From assembly GCA_048538235.1 (NCBI GenBank), contig JBLYPX010000001.1, positions 594,136-658,135 of the forward strand: a DNA stretch of 64,000 nt. Reading direction: 5' to 3'. The notes under the pieces were generated by a model. It was not told where the DNA came from. It saw nothing but the letters and a program-made list of their open reading frames with translations, and ran no database searches. Positions within the stretch are counted from its first letter, which is position 1. Each line of letters opens with the position of its first letter. Shown piece after piece: positions 54,101 through 63,100 of this stretch. A program made the translations under genes and the position numbers. This stretch comes from Candidatus Komeilibacteria bacterium (GTDB lineage: Bacteria; Patescibacteriota; Patescibacteriia; UBA1558).

Positions 54101-57100
54101 ATACCAACGTTTCCAGAAGATGTATCTATATATACTCTATCTACACTTGAACTGTTTCTAATAACGAAGTCTCCAGTTGCCAAAGATGGTGTAAAATACA
54201 ATGAACCATAATTAGCAGAGCTTGCATATGTTACAGACTGTATCCAACTGCCAAGCCCAGTACCGGTTCTTTCTAATTGAATTGCTGGTCCTGCATCTGT
54301 AATATGTAATGACTGTTGAGGTGCAGTAGCTCCAATACCAACTTGACCAGTTGAGTCAATATTCAAATGATTGTTTGCAAAATTGCCATAACTGAACGTC
54401 GCTGCATCGATAGTATCGTCATACCCTATCGTAGCCATATTTACTCCACCCTGTCTAAATCTAATAGTTTGATTATATCCATCTGCGTTTGACTCAACAT
54501 CTACAACAGAGTTTACACCTGTTGCATAAATATCTAGCTTAACATTATCTTCTGGCTGAGTAGTACCAATACCAATATTACCAACTGTATCTATCAATAA
54601 TCTAGTTGCGCCCGCTGTATTATCATAAATATGGAATTCATCTGCCGTGCCAATACTGCCATCTCCATCCACTTGGATCTGCCAATCTCTATCTCCAAAT
54701 AATTGAATATATGTATCCAAATTTGCCGCTGCTTCTAACTTTAATGCCGCCGACGAAGTGTCTGCTATACCAGAAACTACCAAATCTTGATTTGGAGCTG
54801 TTGTACCAATACCTACATAACCAGAACCATCTATCACAAAACGTGGGTTAGTATTTAAAGTATCCGCTGTTTCAGATATAGCAAATATATTTCTAGACTC
54901 ATCCAACCCTATACTGAATTGTTCTGTTGAACCAGTAGAATGAAACATAATCCTTGCGTCTGCGTTAGCACCTGTACCATTCAACAACATGCTCGCAACA
55001 CTGTCATTAGCGATTTCTAAATTCTGGCCTGGAACTGTCGTCCCTATACCTACATTCCCAGAACCCATAACGGTAACAAAGTTTGTAGCGCCTTCACCGA
55101 TCTGTAATATTTCATCAGCATCTCCAACAGCTCCAGCTGTAGCTATTCTAATTGCTTCTGTAGAAGTACCACCTGTTGGTAATGATGATTGAATCAATAT
55201 ATTACCACCAGATGCTTGAGCGCCAACAAGGGATGTAAGTATTTGTAATTGTTCCCCAGAAAAACCAATTGTTGAATTAACATAATTAGAACCTGCCCCT
55301 GATGTTCCAGCTGTATCTGAAATATTTAGTGAAGCTGGTCCTAAGTATAGATCTTGCCATCTCTTAGCTGCTGAACCTAAGTCATATGTATTGTCTGTGG
55401 CTGGTAATAAATCTCCTGTAAATGTTGTAGTACCAGTCATAGCTACATCTCCAGTCACATTTAAATCACCTGTAATATTTACTGCCTTATTCTGAATTCC
55501 ACCTGTACCGTCTGCCTCAGAATACACCTTTAATATTGGTTCACTATCTATAGATAATGAATAACTTTCTTCTGTGCCAGCTGCTGGAGTTGAACTTACA
55601 GGCATATTTACGAATGTGACAGCTCCACTATCTTCAGCAAATTCATATGTTCCGCCAACTATTGTGCCACCAAATTCAATTTGATCAGAAGTATTAACTT
55701 TGACTATATTAACCGTACCAGTTCCAGCGCTATCTACACTCTTTATCCAATTGTCGTTTGTTATTTGTAAGTAATCTTCTGTTCCTTCAACTACTCTTAA
55801 TCCTTCCCAAGCACCAGCTATTAATGAGAGTTGATCAGCAGCTGCTCTACCAATACCAGTGTCATCATCACTCTCAAAACTGAATACTGGATTTATACTT
55901 GTTGGTGCTTCATTCCAAACTCTTGGATAGTTGGTACCATAGAATCCAAAACCAGTTGCACTTATAAATGCTTCAGGTTGCGTACTAAAAGCATATGATA
56001 AGACATTAGGCGAAGTTTCATATATACCGGTATCTCCATCACCAAAAGCTAAAGTAGGCGTATCTGCATCATTTTGTGATGGTAACTTAAGACTTGCAGT
56101 CGCTGTGTTTAATATAACATTACTACTAGTATCTATAGTAACAGCAGCTGATGTACTACCATTTACTTCAAAGTGGATATTATCTGCACTGCTCAAATGT
56201 GTACCATATTGACTTGCGCTTCTATAAGTATAACCAACCTGACCTAAGAAAGTTTCATCACTTTCAGCGAATCTAATTCTTACACCTTCATTAGCAGTTG
56301 TTACAGCTGAATCTTGAGATCTTATTTGTAATACCGTATCTGCATTACCTGAATCAAATATATCTAATACTTCAGATGGGTTTGTTAAACCAATACCAAC
56401 CTCACCAGCAGAATCAATAGCCAATCTATCTTTTACATCATTAGTAGTAAACCCTAATACATCGGTATTGTGATTATATCTAACTTGACCAACATTATCA
56501 TCGTTGGTATCACCAAAATCTATTGCTGAATAAAGTGTATTACCAGTAACAATCTTAACTGCTGCATTGGCAGTCTCATCTCTAACCTCTAATATGCTAG
56601 CAGGACTAGTAGTTCCAATTCCAACATTAGCATCAGCATCTATCGTTAGACCATCTGCCCACGTTCCATCTTTTCTTACACCTAATTTAATTCCTCCGTC
56701 TCTATTTGCAACACTCTGAAAATCTGACTCTGCATATGCCCTTACATATGCTCCATAAACTGCATTAGTAGCACCAAGATAAAGAGTTGCGGTTTCATCT
56801 ATAGAGCTAGCCCCTCCATAAGTATTTGTAATACCACTATACACATCTCCACCATTATTACCTTGTTGAAATTGAGCAATAGCTCCAGAACTTCCCGCCG
56901 CTACATTCAATCCATAACTACCCGGACTTGTTGTGCCGACACCAACATTTCCATTGTCTAAAATGGTCATTGCGTCTGTTGCAGTATTGCCAACCTTGAA
57001 TTCCATTCTATCACCACCGCCATCCCATCTTATACCGGCCTCAGCTGTTGAACCTTCAAAGAAATATAGATTGGTATTATATCCACTTGGCGCTTCCATA

Positions 57101-60100
57101 CTAACCACCTGATTAGCATTTGCAGTAGTTTTAAATTTAGCTATATATGTTTCTGTTGATTCAACATGTAATGGGTCATCAGGAGCTGTTGCTCCAATAC
57201 CGACAAAGCCATTTCCAGTTACTGTTAAAATTTTTGTATCATCCTTATCTGCCAATTGGAATACTCTTTTATTATTTGAAGAATCTGAAGCTCTAACCAA
57301 CAAACCTTCGCCCGTAGCACTTGAGTTTAATATTCTCTGTGCCCAAGTTGAAGAGCTGTCTTCAATAGATAATTTATATACTGGACTTGTTGTTCCAACA
57401 CCAACATTGCCGCTAGCGGTAATTCTCATTCTCTCCTGATTAGCAGACCCAGCATTAAACGTTATATTAGTATTATCTCCTGCAGTAGAGTATGGGACAG
57501 CATTTATAGATGCCTGAACCCTAGTAGCATCTGCTGAATAGAACTCGATACCACCCCAATTATTAGCCGTATCCCAATCTGAACCTGTTGATGTTGTCGA
57601 TATTCTTAAAACGGTTGGATTTAATGTTCCCGTTCCTGTCGCAGTTGATATTTCCAACAATTCAGCGGGTGCAGTTGTCCCAATACCAACATTGCCGCCA
57701 TCTGTCTCCAAAGCAATATTGCCTATACTATTCATTGTCAAAACATCGGTAGCTGATGTATATGCTAAAGTTCCTTCATCTGATGTAGATGCTCCGACAT
57801 GTATTGTTTCGCCACCCAAATATATATTTGCCCAACGTAAACTATCTGAACCTAAATTATATGTATCATTAACGCTTGGTAAGAAATCTCCTGTTAAAGT
57901 GTAATCTCCTGTCACATTAAGATCACCCGTTACATTCACTGCTGGATTTTGTATACCACCCGTACCATCTGCTTCTGCATATACTTTTAATATATTGTCG
58001 CCATCAATCTTAAATGTTGCAGACATTTCTGTACCAGCTGTTGGAGTTGAGCTTACTGGCATATCAAAGAAGGTAATTGCACCAGCATCCTCGTCTGCTA
58101 CAAATGTTCCAATATTTAAAGCTGCTCCCAATTCTACCTGATCTGAACTATTCACCTTAAACATGTTTACCGTGCCAGTACCAGCGCTATCTACGCTCTT
58201 TATCCAATTATCATTTGTTATTTGTAAATAATCTTCTGTTCCTTCAACTACTCTTAAACCTTCCCAAGCTCCTGCTATTAATGAAAGATTGTTAGCACCA
58301 TCACCGCCGATACCAGTAGTATCGTCACCTCTATGAGGTATAATCACCGGATTAGTATACGATGAAGTTTCTTTAACCATCATTGGACCGTCACTATTTG
58401 TAGCTCTAAATTGAGTAGTTAATGCCTGCCAAACTGCAGTCCCGCCAACAGACAACACAATATTATCATCGCCCGCCTCATAAAAACCAGTATCTCCATC
58501 TCCGAATGATAATGTTGGAGTGGCTGCATCATTTTCTAATGGTAATTGCAACTTACTAGTTGGATTAGTTAAACCTATGCCTACATTTCCACCGGTCATT
58601 AAAATATTACCGCCCGCAGTTGTAAGATAAAAATCCTGACCACTTACAGATTGGTATATATTAGCTGTAGTTGTTCCAGAGAACTTAATTTCATATCCAG
58701 TATTAGTCTCAACATCTAAACCAACACCGCCTACTCCCAGCCCATTAATTTCCAACTTAGCTTCAGGAGCTGTAACTCCAATACCAATTCTATTATTTAA
58801 AGCATCAATAGATAAAGTATTAGCATCTATATTTAAAGCATTAACCGCATTATTTAAAGTCCAAGTTGAACTGGCAGCTTGTGTTAAGTTCAAAGCTGAA
58901 GCTGAGGTTAAATTTAAATTACCAGCTGTTGTTGACCAAGTTGAAGTAGCGTTACCGGTTAAAGTAAGAGAATCGCCTGTACCAGCAACTATCTGAGAAG
59001 CACCTGTAATATCTACATCAGCTAGCGCATCACCAATATTAATATCGTCAGCTGCTGTTCCGCCAGTACCAATATTTATTGTATCTATAGCTGTGCCAGT
59101 ACCAATGTTTACATTATTTGCTTGGTTTGATGTGGCTAAATTTAAAGTGGCTGGATTTGAATTAAGAGTAGCAACGTTAAAGGTTGTTAAACCTGTACCA
59201 TTAATACTATATGTAGCAACTGTATTTGGTGTTACAACTGACGTTGTGTTTGCCCCACCAAGATTCAAGGCTCCAGTTGGGTTTAATGTTAAATTTGTAC
59301 TTGAATTAATATTTCCTCCATTAACTGCTAAATCGCTAGTCAAATTTAAACCACCGCCTGCTGTAAAATCTGTTGCTGCATCACCAATGTTTAATATTAA
59401 ATTGTTCTGCATGTCTATATCGCTCTCATATGCCGTTGTTCCGACAATGGTAGTGTCCCCAGCAACCGTTAGATTGCCATCCAAAAATGCATCTCCGTCA
59501 ACCTCTAATACCCCTTCAATGTATAAATCATCATCTGAATTTAAGCCATGGCCCATGCCAGTCACAGCATCTCCAATAACGTTGTACACTTGTCCAGCTG
59601 CACCACCAATTGCAATTGTATCTGTATCTCCAAGTATTAACTGACCTGTTCCAGCTGCTCCAGTTATGTCTAATGTTAAATCTCCGGTATTATCTACTTG
59701 GAAATTAGCATAAAGAACATCATTGGTATGAGTTAGACGTAACTGAGGGCTCGAAGCGTCTAAACTTTCTAGTCTTGCATCTGGACTATCGGTGTTTATA
59801 CCAACATTACCTGCATTAAAATATGAATCTCCATAACTTCTAATTCTATTAACTGTGGTGCCCGCACTATTTAACCAGTCTGTCACAATACCATTGTTTA
59901 AATAATTCCATGTCATCATTCTTGAATTTAAATAACCCTCAACGCTTAACCCGTTTTCTGATGCGCCAATATTATCTGTCTCAATTTCTAATTTGTGCGT
60001 AGGATTGGTTGTTCCTATACCCACCTCGCCATCATGATTTAAAGTCATAGCTGTAATATCTGGCGTGCTTGAAGAAGAACTCTGTTGTAAAATGAATTCT

Positions 60101-63100
60101 AATCTTGTTGGTATTTGAGAGCCAATAGTATCGTCTGCAACAGCTCTAATTTGAGCACCCGTTTTATCTACACCGGCAACCTTGCCACCGAAATAATAAC
60201 TACCTAATAAATCTCCAGGCAAAGTCTGACTAGATGTTAATCTAGACATAACTCCATTTCCTTCAACCTGTAATGCAAAAGCGGGTGCTGTAGTACCAAT
60301 ACCTACATAACCTGCATTAAAGTAAGAATTTCCATCACCTAATATAGCTACCGTATCTGTACCATTACCTCTTAATCTTAATCTTGCATCTCCTGTAGTA
60401 GGTTCGTCTACTAATAGAATATTATTTGTTCCACCATTTTCTCTAACCTCTATAGCTGTTCCAGAACCAACACCTGGAGATTTTATTTCTAACTTTCCTT
60501 CAGGATCTGTCACACCAATACCAACGTTTGCACTCTGAGTAATTCTAAATATTTCCCCACCGTAAACGCTATTATCTATGGCAAAGTCTGTGCCTGTTCT
60601 TCTAAGATCCCAATAAGCGTCTAATGTGTCACCAGCTCCAGACTCTGCTAATCTTAGTCTAGTGTCTGTTGATGCCCCTGCTGTTTCTGTATCTCTAATT
60701 GTTAATATTGGATCACTAGCCACAATCTCCATCTTTGTATCTGGTGTAGCAGTTCCTATACCAACATTACCAGAACCCATAACAGTAACAAAGTTTGTAG
60801 CGCCTTCACCGATCTGTAATATTTCATCAGCATCTCCAACAGCTCCAGCAGTAGCTATTCTAATTGCTTCTGTAGAAATACCTCCTGTTGGTAATGATGA
60901 TTGAATCAATATATTACCACCAGATGCTTGAGCGCCAACAAGGGATGTAAGTATTTGTAATTGTTCCCCAGAAAAACCAATTGTTGAATTAACATAATTA
61001 GAACCTGCCCCTGATGTTCCAGCTGTATCTGAAATATTTAGTGAAGCTGGTCCTAAGTATAGATCTTGCCATCTCTTAGCTGCTGAACCTAAGTCATATG
61101 TATTGTCTGTGGCTGGTGTAATATTTCCAGCTATTGTTTGACCTCCGTCAAAGTAAGCCATGCCATCAACTTCTAATGTTCCTTCAATATATGCATCTTC
61201 TCCGTTTAATGTTTGGCTAGGAGTTCCATTACCAACCTTTAAATTACCAGTTAATACATTAACAAGGTCTGTGGCATTACCTGTTGTTAAAGATATATTA
61301 TTCGCCCCATCAGAAGTAACATTAACTCCAGCACCAGAAAGTGTAGAAGAAGCATCTGAATCAATATTTACAGCCCCAGTAGCATCTACACCATATGTAC
61401 CACCTACTGTAGCTAAGTAATTAGCTGTTGTTGTTAAATTAAAGGTAGTACCATCTATGGTTATTGTATCGTTAGCATTAATATCTATATTTCCTGATGA
61501 AGTGAAATCTAGTTCTCCATCTGCTAGTGTTCCACCATCTGTGGTAAGAGAAATCTTAGTACCACCTACATCTACGGTTGTATCTGAGTCTACATTTACT
61601 GTTCCTGCTGAATCTACTGCATAAGTACCTGTATTTGTTAAAGTGTAGTTTACTCCATCTATTGTTATATTTCCTACAACGTTTACATCATAGTCATCTG
61701 CTACGTTTAGAGTAAGGTCTCCATTGGTAGCTCCTCCAGTAGTAAATGTCATAGAACCGTCTGTGGTTGCTATGTTTTGAGAACCAGATGTTAATAGGTC
61801 ATATGTTCCTGTTACGTCTATATCTAAGTTAGCACCTGCGTTTAGGTCAAAGAGGCCGGCGGAGGTTGCAATTAAGTTACCTGAAGTTAAAGTAGATAAT
61901 GTTAAATTACCAGAAGTAGCACTGACATTAGAATTTCCTGTACCATCTATACTAAATGTTCCAGAAGATAGCATGTCATAATTTCCAGTTACATCTATAT
62001 CTAAGTTAGCACCTGCATTAAGATCGAAAAGGCCGGCAGAAGTAGCTATCATACTACCAGTTGTAATGGTAGATAGTGTTAAATTATTATTAGTTACAGA
62101 TAAATTAGAAGCTGCTGCGCCATCAATTGAATAACCAGCTGTTGTATCTATGACTAATGTTGCTGAATCAATATCTATTGCCGCACCAGCATTGCTTATA
62201 TCTATATCTGTTACTCCATCACCAGTTAGGGCTAATATACCACCATCAGAAGTAACATTAACTCCAGCACCAGAAAGTGTTGAAGAAGCATCTGAATCAA
62301 TATTTACAGCCCCAGTAGCATCTACACCATAAGTACCACCTACTGTAGCTAAGTAATTAGCAGTAGTTGTTAAATTAAAGGTAGTACCGTCTATGGTTAT
62401 TGTATCGTTAGCATTAATATCTATATTACCAGATGAAGTGAAGTCTAATTCTCCATCTGCTAGTGTTCCACCATCTGTTGTTAAAGATATCTTTGTACCA
62501 CCTACATCTACGGTTGTATCTGAGTCTACATTTACTGTTCCTGTTGAATCTACTGCATAAGTACCTGTATTGGTTAAAGTATAATTTACTCCATCGATTG
62601 TTATATTACCTACAACGTTGACATCATAGTCATCTGCTACGTTTAGAGTAAGGTCTCCATTGGTAGCTCCGCCAGTAGTAAATGTCACAGAACCGTCTGT
62701 TGTTGCTATGTTTTGAGAACCAGATGTTAATAGGTCATATGTTCCTGTTACATCTATATCTAAGTTAGCGCCTGCGTTTAAGTCAAAGAGGCCGGCGGAG
62801 GTAAGTATCATTGAACCGCTAGTTGTTGTTTCTAGAGTTAAATTTTGAGAGTCTGTAGAAATATTTGCTGTACCAGATAAATACAATGGGAAATTAAAGT
62901 CAAAACGATCATTAGTATTATCCCAGCCAAATGTTGCGTTTGTTCCAGGAGTTCCTCTTTCAAACACAATGTTCATAGCCTCACCGTCATTAGTAGTGTT
63001 ATCTGTATTAATAACAAAGCTTTCAGCAGTTGTTCCTAAAATACCAGAACCAGGTGCGATCAAAGTACTGGTATAAACATTTCTCCAACGATGAGTTGGT

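Noticed and set aside
36118-62332. Many 60-183 aa plus-strand ORFs
   Set aside because: Antisense shadows of the giant CDS with compositions mirroring its codons and no recognisable domains.
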